Assembly (NCBI GenBank): GCA_963753695.1
Contig: CAVWDG010000011.1
Location: forward strand, 100,324 to 164,323
Source: an uncultured Actinomycetes bacterium
GTDB taxonomy: Bacteria > Actinomycetota > Thermoleophilia > UBA2241
DNA: 64,000 nt
Direction: 5' to 3'
Under the pieces are notes generated by a model, which saw nothing but the letters and a program-made list of their open reading frames with translations, searched no databases and was not told the origin of the DNA. Positions 54,889 to 64,000 of the stretch are shown here, one piece after another (the first letter of the stretch is position 1; every line of letters begins with the position of its first letter). A program made the translations under genes and the position numbers.

Positions 54889-55695
54889 CTAGACCAGCGC
54901 CCCTTCGCGGACGTGCTCGCGGTAGGTGGCGGCGAAATGGTCTTCGGCCATGCCGCCGGCGTGGGCGAAGACGACCCTGCCGGCGTCGAGGATGAGCACC
55001 TGGTCGGCGAGACCGAGCCCCTGCCGCAGGCTGTGGGTCGCCATGACGAAGGTGTGCTCGGCGCGGATCTCGCCGAGCAGCCCGTCGAGCAGCTCGACCG
55101 CGTGGGGGTCGAGGCCCGAATGGGGCTCGTCGAGCAGCAGCACGCGAGGCTCGTGGAGCAGCGCCCGGGCGATCGCCAGACGCTGCTGCATGCCTTTCGA
55201 GAACGTGGCGACGACGTCGTGACTGCGGTGGCTGAGCTCGACGCGCTCGAGCAGGTCGGCGATGCGCCGCTCGGCGTTTGCGACGCCGTACATGTCGGCG
55301 TAGAAGCGCAGGTTCTCGTGCGCCGTGAGGTCGCGGTACAGCAGCGAGTCGTGCGAGATGAAGCCGATGGCGCGGCGCGCCGGAGCGGGGTCGCCTCGCA
55401 GGTCGTGGCCGGCCACCGAGACGCTGCCCGACGAAGGCCTGAGCAGCGTCGCCAGCAGGCGCAGCGTGGTCGTCTTGCCGGCGCCGTTGGGCCCGAAGAG
55501 CGTCAGAAAGCCGCCGCGCGCGACGGTGAACGACACGTCACGCAGCACGTCGCGGCGGCCGAAGGCCTTGCCGAGCCCCTCGACGCAGACCTCGGGCGTC
55601 GCGCCGCCGCCGGCACGCCCAGACGTCACGTCGCCGGCGCCCTCCGCCGGCGCTGCGCCGGCGCGCTCGTGGCCGGCGCGCCCCTCGGCGGCCAT
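54889..55695 (-). CDS. ccmA: heme ABC exporter ATP-binding protein CcmA
   Basis: Walker A GPNGAGKTT, LSGG-like FSKGMQQRL; start at Met residue 22 of ORF 54889..55758, adjacent to ccmF stop. Confidence 0.75.
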   Translation of the reverse strand: MAAEGRAGHERAGAAPAEGAGDVTSGRAGGGATPEVCVEGLGKAFGRRDVLRDVSFTVARGGFLTLFGPNGAGKTTTLRLLATLLRPSSGSVSVAGHDLRGDPAPARRAIGFISHDSLLYRDLTAHENLRFYADMYGVANAERRIADLLERVELSHRSHDVVATFSKGMQQRLAIARALLHEPRVLLLDEPHSGLDPHAVELLDGLLGEIRAEHTFVMATHSLRQGLGLADQVLILDAGRVVFAHAGGMAEDHFAATYREHVREGALV

Positions 55696-57673
55696 CAGAT
55701 CGCCTCGCCCCGGGCCTCGTCGCGCGCCGCGACGGGCGCTCGCGCGCGGCGCGGCCACAGCGACACGCCGCCGGCCACCACGAGCACCATCACGCCGAGC
55801 CAGACCAGGCGCACGAGCGGGAATACATCGAGCTGCAACCGCAGATGGGTGCTCGCCGTGTCGAACGGGTCTTGCGCCACGACGAACAGGTCGCGTGGCA
55901 GGCTGCCGAGGATGACGGCGCGCACGGCGGCGCCGTCGACCGGGTAGACGTCGGTGTGCGGCGCGAGCAGGCCCACCTGGCGGCCGTCGCGGGTGACGAC
56001 GAAGTGGGCGAAGAAGCGATGCGAGCTCTGTGGCCCGCTGTCCTGCGAAAACCCGGTGAAGCGCAATGTGTAGCCCGCCACGCTCGCGGTGGCGCCCGCC
56101 TTGGCCGGCAGGTAGGCGCCGCTCTCGATCTTGTAGACGTTCGAGCCCAGCAGCCCCGCGAGGATGAGGATGACGCCCGCATGGGCCACCCAGGCGGCCG
56201 TGCGCGTGCGACTCGCGGTGAGCGCGCGGCTCAGGCCGGTGAGCAGTCCCTGCTCACCGGCGGCCCGCCGCGCGGCGGCGGCGATGAACGTGACGACGGC
56301 GGCCGCGGCAAAGACGCAGACCTCGAGGCCGACCAGGCCGAACGCGCTCGAGCGCCAGTCGCCCGTCAGGAGCAGCAGCGGCAGGGCGACGAGGGCCGCG
56401 AGCAGCGGCCAGCGCGCGGCGCGCCACACGCCGCCGGCGCCGCGGCCCAAGGCGAGCAGCGGGCAGAGCGCGACGGCGAACACCACGACGACGCCTAAGG
56501 GCTCGGCGAAGAGGCGGTAGGTGTCGGGGCCAACCGTGCGGTCGCTGACGAGCGGCACGACGACGGTGGCCACGAGCAGCGCCGCGGCGAAGGCGCTGAG
56601 CGCGATGTCGAGCGCGTGGTGAGCGACGTCGCCCACCGAGGCGAGCAGCGGCTCCCCGTGCGTGCCGAAGCGCCGCCAGCGCAGGGCCAGCAGGCCGACC
56701 GACAGGGCGGCCACCAGGGCGAGCAGGCTCGAGAGGATCACGATGAGCGTGTCGTTGCGCTCGAAGGCGTGCACTGAGCTGATCAGTCCGGTGCGCGTGG
56801 TCCAGGTGGCGACGATCGTCAGCCAGAAGGTGGCGCAGGCGAGCGCCAGCGTGGAGCGCCGCAGGCGGCCACGCCGGCGAAAGACGATGATCGAGTGCAG
56901 CAGCGCGGTCGCGGCCAGCCAGGGGATGAGCGAGGTGTTTTCGACCGGATCCAGCCCCAGTAGCCGCCCCACGACAGCACGACGTAGGCCCACCAGGCGC
57001 CCAGGCCTATGCCGAGCGACAGGAACACCCAGCCGGCGACCGCCCAGCGCTGGGCGCCCAGCACCCAGTCGCGGCCGCCGTCGCCGAGCAGCAGCGCGGC
57101 GGTGGCGTAGGCGAACGGCACCGTGAGCGCGGCGTAGGCGGCGAACAGCGCGGGCGGGTGCAGCACCATCGCCGGGTGCAGCAGGAGCGGGTTCAGACCC
57201 TGGCCGGCCGCCGCCGGGGCGGCCGACACGAACGGGTTCGAACCCGGGTCGGCCACCATGAGCACGGCGAAGACCGCGGCCACGGCGGCCAGCACGCCGA
57301 CGGCGGTCGCCGTCAGGCGGTCGAGCGTCTCGACGTCGCGCAAGGCGACGACCACGGTGATCACGGCGAGCAGCAGGAGCCAGAGCAGGAACGAGCCCTG
57401 CTGGCCGGCCCAGAAGCCGGCCACGCGGTAGAAGAACGAGAGGCTCGTGTCGGAGTTCTGGGCGACGTAGGCAAACGAGAAGTCGCGCGCCACGAACGCC
57501 TCGAGCAGCACCGCGGCGGCCACGACGACCGCGAAGAAGAGCCCGTACACGGCCAGGTAGCCCCAGCGCACGAGCTCGCCGCTGCGGCGGCGCACGCCGA
57601 GCGCGATGAGCGCCACCGCGGCCAGCGAGAAGCCAAGGCAGCACAGCAGGGCGAAACGGCCGGCGACGATCAC
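55695..57673 (-). CDS. ccmF: cytochrome c-type biogenesis protein CcmF; frameshift near 56930
   Basis: N-part in ORF 56819..57739 (...GWGGYWGW), remainder in ORF 55695..57644 (DPVENTSLIPWLAATALLHS...). Confidence 0.8.
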
Positions 57674-57678
57674 GCGCT

Positions 57679-58101
57679 CTACCCGCCGATGCTCGGCTGC
57701 GGCAGGGGGCTCGCCTTGCCGGCGTACTTCGAGGGGCACTTGGTCTCGAGCTGGGCGGCGTCGATACGGTCGCCGCTCGACGCGAACTTGCCGGTCACCA
57801 CGACCTGCACCCCGGCGGCGAAGGTGGCCGGCATCTGGCCGTCGTAGGCGACCTTGACCGTACTCGAGCGGCCGGTCAGGTCTTCGATCGTGAAGCGCAC
57901 GCCGCCCGCGTCGCGCACGATGGTGCCGTGCACGACCGCGCCGCCGACCTTGACGTTGCGGCCGTTGTCGGCGCTCGACAGCGCCGACACCTGGCGGTAG
58001 TAGGCCCCCTGCGAGGCGACGACGTAGACGATCGCCGCGGCGAAGACGACGACGAGGATGACGGTGGCCACGATGAGGCGCCGCTGCGCCTTTTTGCTCA
58101 T
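57679..58101 (-). CDS. ccmE: cytochrome c-type biogenesis heme chaperone CcmE
   Basis: MSKKAQRRLIVATVILVVVFAAAIVYV...GKFASSGDRIDAAQLETKCPSKY. Confidence 0.8.
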   Translation of the reverse strand: MSKKAQRRLIVATVILVVVFAAAIVYVVASQGAYYRQVSALSSADNGRNVKVGGAVVHGTIVRDAGGVRFTIEDLTGRSSTVKVAYDGQMPATFAAGVQVVVTGKFASSGDRIDAAQLETKCPSKYAGKASPLPQPSIGG

Positions 58102-58298
58102 GTGCTCGTCCTTTCCACGGTCGCCTGCGTCGATGAGCCGCTTCAAATGTAGTCGGTCAGGGCGCGGGCGTCACTCGTTCGGCGGCGCCGGCGACGGTTC
58201 AGCGGCGCCGGCGGAGGGCGTCGACGCACCCCGCGCCGGACGGCCAGACTACAGGACTCGGGAGTCCCACGGCGTACAGTAGGTCGACGACCGCTCAA

Positions 58299-58889
58299 GT
58301 GACCAAGGAGACGACCCTCATGCGCGCTGCGATCCACGCCGACGTCATCGGCTCACGGCAGCTCGACGACCCCGAGGCCTTGCAACGCGCGCTCGGCGAG
58401 GGTGTGGCCCGCCTGAACGAGCTCTTCGCGCCGGGACTCGCCGCGCCGTTTGCCGTAGTCGAGATCGACGCCGTCGAAGGGGCGCTCGCCGACGCCGCCC
58501 AGGCGCCGCTGTGCGTCAGCGTCCTGCGCGAGCTCGTCGCGCCGCTGCAGGTGCGCGTGGGCGTGGCGCTCGACGGCGCCGCCGAAGAGGCCTTCGTGGC
58601 CGCCTGGCAGGCGGACCGTCTCGTGCACTATCGCGGCACCGGCATGGCCGGCGACCTGCTGCTGAACGCCTACTGCGCCCTGGTCGAGCCTCTGGTGCGC
58701 GCCCGCAGCGACGCCCAGTGGCGCGCGCTGCGTACGGTGCGTGGGCACCCGGACCCGGCCGCGGCCGCGGCCGAGCTCGGCATAGGTCCGGACGATCTCG
58801 AGGAGCTGCTCGCGGCGGCGCAGTGGCGCGCCGTCGAAGACGCCGACGCGACGATCGCCGCCTACCTGGCCATCGCGCTCGGCGCGTAA
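58299..58889 (+). CDS. hypothetical protein, possibly SatD family
   Basis: MRAAIHADVIGSRQLDDPEALQRAL... resembles the SatD N-terminal motif; weak. Confidence 0.4.
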   Translation: MTKETTLMRAAIHADVIGSRQLDDPEALQRALGEGVARLNELFAPGLAAPFAVVEIDAVEGALADAAQAPLCVSVLRELVAPLQVRVGVALDGAAEEAFVAAWQADRLVHYRGTGMAGDLLLNAYCALVEPLVRARSDAQWRALRTVRGHPDPAAAAAELGIGPDDLEELLAAAQWRAVEDADATIAAYLAIALGA

Positions 58890-59151
58890 AAGGGCGCTCC
58901 GGCGGGGCAAAGGGCTGACGAACGCCGCACACACTCGGGAGGGCGCTGCGGCCGGGGCAAGGGCTACAGGTCGGGGCTGTCTCGGTTACGGTACGCTGCG
59001 CACTGTGGGAGCGTTTGCACCTCGCAGGCCGACCTTCCGCCCTTACCCCGGCCTCCGCTTTTCGCCACACAAGCGGGGCACGGACCGCACCCCGGTACCC
59101 GGCCTTCGCTAACGCCGGGGGCAAAGGTCCCGCGCCGTGGCGCTCCGCCAG

Positions 59152-59664
59152 CTAGACGGTGACGCGGGCGCAGTCGCCGCCCAGGTCGGCGAGTTTCTCG
59201 AGGGCGTGCGGCAGGGCCTCGCGGATCACCTCGAACTGCTCGCGGCACGCCGTCGGGCTGCCCGGGAAGTTGATGATCAGGGTGGTGCCGCGCAAGCCGC
59301 TCACGGCGCGCGAGAGCATGGCGTGGGGCGTCTTCGAGAGCGAGGCGGCGCGCATGGCCTCGGCGAAACCCGGCGCCTCGCGATCGAAGGCCATCTTGCT
59401 GGCTTCTGGGGTCACGTCGCGCGACGTAAAGCCCGTGCCGCCCGTGGTGAGGATGAGGTTGGCCGGCGTGCGGTCGGCGTAGTGCATGAGTTTCTCGGAG
59501 AGCAGCAGCTTCTCGTCGGGCAGCAGTACGCGCTCGACGTACTCGGCCCCGAGCTCGTTGAGCAGACCCTCGAGCACGGCGCCGCTTTCGTCGTCGCGGC
59601 GGCCGGCGTGGCCCGAATCGGACAGCGTGATCACAACGGCCCGAATGCCGACCGTCTCGCTCAT
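59152..59664 (-). CDS. molybdenum cofactor biosynthesis protein MogA/MoaB (molybdopterin adenylyltransferase)
   Basis: ...LILTTGGTGFTSRDVTPEA...; ATGA overlap with upstream gene. Confidence 0.75.
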   Translation of the reverse strand: MSETVGIRAVVITLSDSGHAGRRDDESGAVLEGLLNELGAEYVERVLLPDEKLLLSEKLMHYADRTPANLILTTGGTGFTSRDVTPEASKMAFDREAPGFAEAMRAASLSKTPHAMLSRAVSGLRGTTLIINFPGSPTACREQFEVIREALPHALEKLADLGGDCARVTV

Positions 59665-60185
59665 GGCCGCTCCTCGCTTTCGCATCCTTCGTCGGACGCC
59701 TCTTGCGCGCCCGCTCCCGTGGCTCCCGCGCCCATCGCCGTCACGACGACTTCGTCGCCGGCGCGCAGCGGTCCTCCCTGCAGCACGCGCACGAAGATGC
59801 CTTCGCGCGGCATGACGCAGTCGCCGGCGGCGCGGTAGATCGCGCAGTGGTCGTGGCAGACCTTGCCGATCTGGGTGAGCTCGACCAGGCAGTCGCCCAG
59901 ACGAAAGCGCGTCCCCAGCGGCAGCTCTGCCACGGCCAGTCCCTGGGTGGTCACGTTCTCGGCGAAGTCGCCGGGGCCCACGTCGAGCCCTTTGGCGCGC
60001 ATCGTGTCGATGCTCTCGATGGCCAGCAGGCTCACCTGCCGGTGCCACGGGCCGGCGTGGCCGTCGCCCGCGACGCCGTGGCCGGCGACCAGCTCGATCG
60101 CGGCGCAGGGCTTCTTGCGCACGCCCTTGGTGGCGGCCACGTTGACCGAGACGACGCTGCCCCGTGGCAGGCCGGAAGCCGTCAT
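59661..60185 (-). CDS. MOSC domain protein
   Basis: ...GVAGDGHAG...RQVSLLAIE... MOSC beta-barrel with conserved Cys. Confidence 0.7.
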   Translation of the reverse strand: MTASGLPRGSVVSVNVAATKGVRKKPCAAIELVAGHGVAGDGHAGPWHRQVSLLAIESIDTMRAKGLDVGPGDFAENVTTQGLAVAELPLGTRFRLGDCLVELTQIGKVCHDHCAIYRAAGDCVMPREGIFVRVLQGGPLRAGDEVVVTAMGAGATGAGAQEASDEGCESEERP

Positions 60186-60667
60186 GGCGCGTCCTTGCGG
60201 CGCCAGTGGCCGCTCGCGCCGCCCGACTTTTCGAGCAGCCGCACGCCGGTGACCTCGATGCCGCGGTCGATGGCCTTGCACATGTCGTAGACCGTGAGGG
60301 CGGCGACCGACGCGGCCACGAGCGCCTCCATCTCGACCCCGGTGCGCCCGACCAGGCGCGCCTCGGTGGTCACGTGCAGCCCGGGCAGCGCCTCGTCGGC
60401 CTCGATCTCGACGCCGACGAAGGTCAGCGCGAGCGGGTGGCAGAGCGGGATCAGCTCGTGGGTGCGCTTGGCGGCCATGATGCCGGCGAGGCGCGCGGTG
60501 GCCGCGACGTCGCCCTTGGGCACGCGCTCGTCGCGGATGGCGTCGAGTGTCGCCTGGGCCATGAGCACGCGAGCTTCGGCGCGCGCCACGCGCTCGGTCT
60601 CGGGCTTGCCGGCGACGTCGACCATGCGGGCCCGGCCCTGTTCGTCCAGATGAGAGAGTCCGTTCAC
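60182..60667 (-). CDS. moaC: cyclic pyranopterin monophosphate synthase MoaC
   Basis: [28 protein letters not shown]... Confidence 0.85.
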   Translation of the reverse strand: MNGLSHLDEQGRARMVDVAGKPETERVARAEARVLMAQATLDAIRDERVPKGDVAATARLAGIMAAKRTHELIPLCHPLALTFVGVEIEADEALPGLHVTTEARLVGRTGVEMEALVAASVAALTVYDMCKAIDRGIEVTGVRLLEKSGGASGHWRRKDAP

Positions 60668-60677
60668 AGGTGCGATG

Positions 60678-61640
60678 CTAGCCTCCGATCTGAGACATGC
60701 CGCGACCGGCGTCGGGAGCTTCGACCAGACGATCGAAGCGCTTGCCGTCGATGGCGTCGGCGATGGCGGCAGCCAGCTTGCGCGGGTCGCCGATGAGCGG
60801 ACGCACGTCGAGCTCGCGCTCGGGCGCCGAGAACAGGCAGGTCTTCAGGCGCCCGTCCGACATGAGACGCAGGCGGTTGCAGCGCGCGCAGAAGTGGTCG
60901 GACACCCCCGAGATGAAGCCGATCGTGCCCAGCGCGCCCGGCACGCGGTAGTAGCGCGCCGGCCCCAGGCCGAACGGGCCGTCGACGTCTTCGACATGAT
61001 GGTCGGCCCGCAGGCGTTCGAGCACGGTCCAGGCAGGCACGAAGTCGCGCTCGCCCGCCAGGCGGCGGTCGAGCGGCATGTACTCGATGAAGCGCACGTG
61101 CACCTCGCGCCGCCGGGTGAGCTCGACGAAGCCGTCGACCTCGTCGGCGGCGCCGGTCAGCAGCACGGCGTTGACCTTGACCGGCGCGAAGCCCGCGGCG
61201 AAGGCCGCGTCGAGCCCTGCCAGGGCGTCGGCCAGGCGCCCGCCACGCGTGAGCTGCGCGTAGCGGCCCGCGTCTAAGCTGTCGATGCTCACGTTGACGC
61301 GCTTGAGGCCGGCCGCTCGCAGCTGCGCGGCGCACCCCGGCAGCAGGATGCCGTTGGTCGTGAGCGACAGGTCGGTGAGGCCCTCGAGCGCCGCCAGGCG
61401 CTCGATGAAGCCGACGAAGCCCTTGCGCACCAGCGGCTCGCCGCCGGTCACCCGGACCCGCGTGACCCCGGCCGCCAGGGCCGCCGCGGCGAAGGCCAGG
61501 AGCTCTTCGTAGGAGAGGATGTCTGTGTGCGAACGCGGCGGCACGCCCTCGGCCGGCATGCAGTAGACGCAGCGCAGGTTGCACCGGTCGGTGACCGACA
61601 GGCGCAGATAGTCGACGCGGCGCGGAGGAGAGGCGTTCAT
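60678..61640 (-). CDS. moaA: GTP 3',8-cyclase MoaA
   Basis: ...[19 protein letters not shown] radical-SAM motif; start at Met residue 23. Confidence 0.85.
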   Translation of the reverse strand: MNASPPRRVDYLRLSVTDRCNLRCVYCMPAEGVPPRSHTDILSYEELLAFAAAALAAGVTRVRVTGGEPLVRKGFVGFIERLAALEGLTDLSLTTNGILLPGCAAQLRAAGLKRVNVSIDSLDAGRYAQLTRGGRLADALAGLDAAFAAGFAPVKVNAVLLTGAADEVDGFVELTRRREVHVRFIEYMPLDRRLAGERDFVPAWTVLERLRADHHVEDVDGPFGLGPARYYRVPGALGTIGFISGVSDHFCARCNRLRLMSDGRLKTCLFSAPERELDVRPLIGDPRKLAAAIADAIDGKRFDRLVEAPDAGRGMSQIGG

Positions 61641-61791
61641 CGCTCTCAAGTGTAACGCGACGGCCGGGCGCGCGTCACACGACTCGGGCGGCGCGCCGAC
61701 GCCCACGGAAGGCCGGCGCCGCGCCGGCGCGACGGCGAACGTCGCGCGGACGCGGCGGCGCGCGCATCCGCGAGCGTCGCCGCGTCCGCCC

Positions 61792-61992
61792 CTACTTCGA
61801 CACCATCACCTCGGTGGCTTTTATGACGGCCTTCACCTTGTCGCCCTCGGTGAGCCCCAGCGACTCCGCCGAGTGGCGCGTGATGGCGGCGACGACCTCG
61901 GTGCCGCCTACGTCCATCACGACCTCGGCCATGACGGCGCCGAGGGTGACTGACTTGACGGTGCCTGGCAGCTGGTTACGGGCGCTGATCAT
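61792..61992 (-). CDS. molybdopterin-binding Mop (TOBE domain) protein
   Basis: MISARNQLPGTVKSV...GDKVKAVIKATEVMVSK. Confidence 0.8.
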   Translation of the reverse strand: MISARNQLPGTVKSVTLGAVMAEVVMDVGGTEVVAAITRHSAESLGLTEGDKVKAVIKATEVMVSK

Positions 61993-62042
61993 GGCGACCT
62001 CTCGTGGTCGGTTCGCTCGGGCTGACTGACTGCCCCTGTTCT

Positions 62043-63578
62043 CTACATCCCCTCGCGCTTGCAGGCCCCGAGCGGCGAGCCCGGGCTGCCCCAGTCCATC
62101 TCGCGGATCATGACCATCTTGAGCTCGGTCATCTCGGCGATGGCGAACTTGACGCCCTCGCGCCCCATGCCTGAGCTCTTGATGCCGCCGTACGGCATGT
62201 GGTCGACGCGGAAGGTCGGGACCTCGTTGATCATGACGCCGCCCACCTCGAGGTGACGGGCGGCGTAGAGGGCCTTGTTGAGGTCGCGCGTGAAGATGCC
62301 GGCCTGCAGGCCGTAGTCGCTGTCGTTGGAGATCTCGATGGCCTCGCAGATATCGCGCGCCTTCTGCACCGCGAGCACCGGCCCGAAAACCTCGTTGGCG
62401 CAGACCTTCATGTCACGCGTCACGTCGGTGAGCACGGTCGGGCGCAGGTCACCGGCCGCGTCGATGCCGCCCACGGCGACGGTGGCGCCCTGCTCTACGG
62501 CTTCGGCCACCCAGGCCTTCACGCGGGCCGTCTCCTTGTCGTCGATCAGGGCGGCCACGTCGGTCGTCTCGTCGAGCGGGTCGCCGACCTTGAGCGCCGC
62601 GACCGAATCCACCAGGCCCGCGAGGAACTCGTCGTAGACCTTCTCGTGCACGACCACGCGCTGTACCGAGATGCAGACCTGTCCGGAGTTCGTGAACCCG
62701 CCGGCGACGACACGCTGCAGCGCGAGGTCGAGGTCGGCGTCGTCTTCGACGATGGTCGCCGAGTTGTTGCCCAGCTCGAGGGTGACCATCTTCATGCCGG
62801 CGTCGCTGGCGATCTGGCGGCCGACCGGCGGGCTGCCGGTGAAGGTCACCATGTTCACCCGCTCGTCTTTGACGAGCTTGGTGCCCAGGGTCGAGCCCGG
62901 GCCCACCACGACCTGCAGGACGTCGTCGGGCAGGCCGGCCTCGCTTAGGAACTCGGCCAGACGCAGCGCGGTGAGCGGGGTCGACGAGGCGGGCTTGAGC
63001 ACGACGACGTTGGCCGCCGCCAGCGCCGGGGCCACCTTGTGGCTGACCAGGTTGAGCGGAAAGTTGAAGGGCGAGATGGCGACGATGAGGCCGCGCGGCT
63101 CGCGGATCGTCCAGCCGAAGCGGTTCTCGCCGCCCTGGTCGGCGTCCATCTCGATGATCTCACCGGCCGTGCGCTTGGCCTCTTCGCTCGCCCAGCGAAA
63201 CGTCGAGGCGCCGCGCCGCGCTTCGACGCGGGCGTCTTTGAGCGGCTTGCCGCCCTCGAGGGCGATCAGGCGGGCGACCTCCTCTGCGTGGTCCTCGAGC
63301 AGGTGCGACGTGCGCTCGAGGATCTGGGCGCGCTTCCAGGCCGGCGTCCAGCGCCACTCGGCGAAGGCCGCGACGGCCCGGTCGAGGACGCCGTCGACCT
63401 CGTCGAGACGCGTCGTGTTGATGGTGGCGATCTCGCTGCCGTCCCACGGGCTGTGCACGGCGAGCGGATCGCCGGTCCCCTGGGGACCGGCGATCCGCAA
63501 CCCTTTCGCTACTTTTTCGGTGACCTCTACGACCACGGGCGCTCCTTCTACCTGCAGTTCCGGCAGTAGCCGACCCAT
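62043..63578 (-). CDS. NAD(P)-dependent aldehyde dehydrogenase
   Basis: ...FTGSPPVGRQI..., ELGNNSATIV, catalytic Cys region GQVCIS. Confidence 0.8.
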   Translation of the reverse strand: MGRLLPELQVEGAPVVVEVTEKVAKGLRIAGPQGTGDPLAVHSPWDGSEIATINTTRLDEVDGVLDRAVAAFAEWRWTPAWKRAQILERTSHLLEDHAEEVARLIALEGGKPLKDARVEARRGASTFRWASEEAKRTAGEIIEMDADQGGENRFGWTIREPRGLIVAISPFNFPLNLVSHKVAPALAAANVVVLKPASSTPLTALRLAEFLSEAGLPDDVLQVVVGPGSTLGTKLVKDERVNMVTFTGSPPVGRQIASDAGMKMVTLELGNNSATIVEDDADLDLALQRVVAGGFTNSGQVCISVQRVVVHEKVYDEFLAGLVDSVAALKVGDPLDETTDVAALIDDKETARVKAWVAEAVEQGATVAVGGIDAAGDLRPTVLTDVTRDMKVCANEVFGPVLAVQKARDICEAIEISNDSDYGLQAGIFTRDLNKALYAARHLEVGGVMINEVPTFRVDHMPYGGIKSSGMGREGVKFAIAEMTELKMVMIREMDWGSPGSPLGACKREGM

Positions 63579-64000
63579 TCGTCGGACCGGTGCTCCTCGT
63601 TGAACGGCCGGCGCTCGCTCAGCGACACGACCTTACCCGCTTCGGGCTCTTCCTTGCCGTGCTGATAGACGCCGAGCGGCCTGTCGGTCAGGTCGATGTT
63701 GATCTGCTTGACCTCGTGATACTCCTCGATCCCGAAGGCGCCGAGCTCGCGGCCGATGCCGCTCTGCTTGTAGCCGCCCCAGGGAGCCTCGCTATAGGTG
63801 GGGTGGTAGGTGTTGACCCAGGTGATGCCGGCGCGCAGCGCCTTGATGACGCGCATGGCGCGCGTGACGCCTTGGTCCACACGCCGGCCGCCAGGCCGTA
63901 GATCGTGTCGTTGGCCAGACGGATGGCCTCGTCTTCGGTGTCGAACGGGATGACGACGAAGCACCGGCCCGAAGATCTCCTCCTGGGCGAGCGCATCGTG
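63548..64000 (-). CDS. second aldehyde dehydrogenase, C-terminal part (gene extends past window end; frameshift near 63840)
   Basis: ...MRVIKALRAGITWVNTYHPTYSEAPWGGYKQSGIGRELG...; preceding segment FVVIPFDTEDEAIRLANDTIYGLAAGVWT lies in another frame. Confidence 0.6.
   Translation of the reverse strand, partial: HDALAQEEIFGPVLRRHPVRHRRRGHPSGQRHDLRPGGRRVDQGVTRAMRVIKALRAGITWVNTYHPTYSEAPWGGYKQSGIGRELGAFGIEEYHEVKQINIDLTDRPLGVYQHGKEEPEAGKVVSLSERRPFNEEHRSDEWVGYCRNCR

Overview
This 64-kb window is a very high-GC (about 73-75%) chromosomal stretch, densely coding and mostly minus-strand. The organism is probably an actinobacterium, possibly of the Rubrobacteria/Thermoleophilia type; that placement is an inference from GC content, gene content, a CIRCE element and a glmS ribozyme. 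Most genes are recognisable housekeeping or metabolic genes. These include:
- tilS (partial), a DsrE-like gene and tRNA-fMet.
- A RipA-like NlpC/P60 endopeptidase and an ald-lrp pair.
- groES-groEL with CIRCE, and dtd.
- tsaE-tsaB-rimI-tsaD.
- UDG4, an FmdB zinc ribbon gene, and panC with an HPS/RraA fusion.
- mutM, cca, alr, nnr, acpS, and glmS with its ribozyme.
- glmM, rpsI, rplM and hemACD.
- A ccmEFABCD(System I) cluster, moaA-moaC-MOSC-moaB, mop and two aldehyde dehydrogenases.

No CRISPR arrays, transposases or integrases were seen.

The most distinctive locus is 7.3-19.3 kb on the minus strand. It encodes a multi-GAF GGDEF/HD-GYP c-di-GMP protein and a pterin-binding methyl-THF:corrinoid methyltransferase (MtgA-like). 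These are followed by an Opp/Dpp-type ABC system whose two ATPase genes are intact while both permease genes are riddled with frameshifts. The system has no substrate-binding protein gene. It is fused operonically to a non-pyrrolysine MttB-superfamily methyltransferase, a C45 Ntn-acyltransferase, a YbjQ protein and a PucR regulator. This architecture is not a described quaternary-amine methyltransferase system, as far as I know.

A second global observation concerns frameshifts. Many clearly essential genes carry single-base frameshifts: groEL, glmS, glmM, rpsI (two compensating indels), tsaD, mutM and ccmF. The sequence therefore probably contains indel-type sequencing or assembly errors, and any pseudogene call here needs re-sequencing.

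Coordinates of starts I inferred by residue counting from the ORF track may be off by a few nucleotides.
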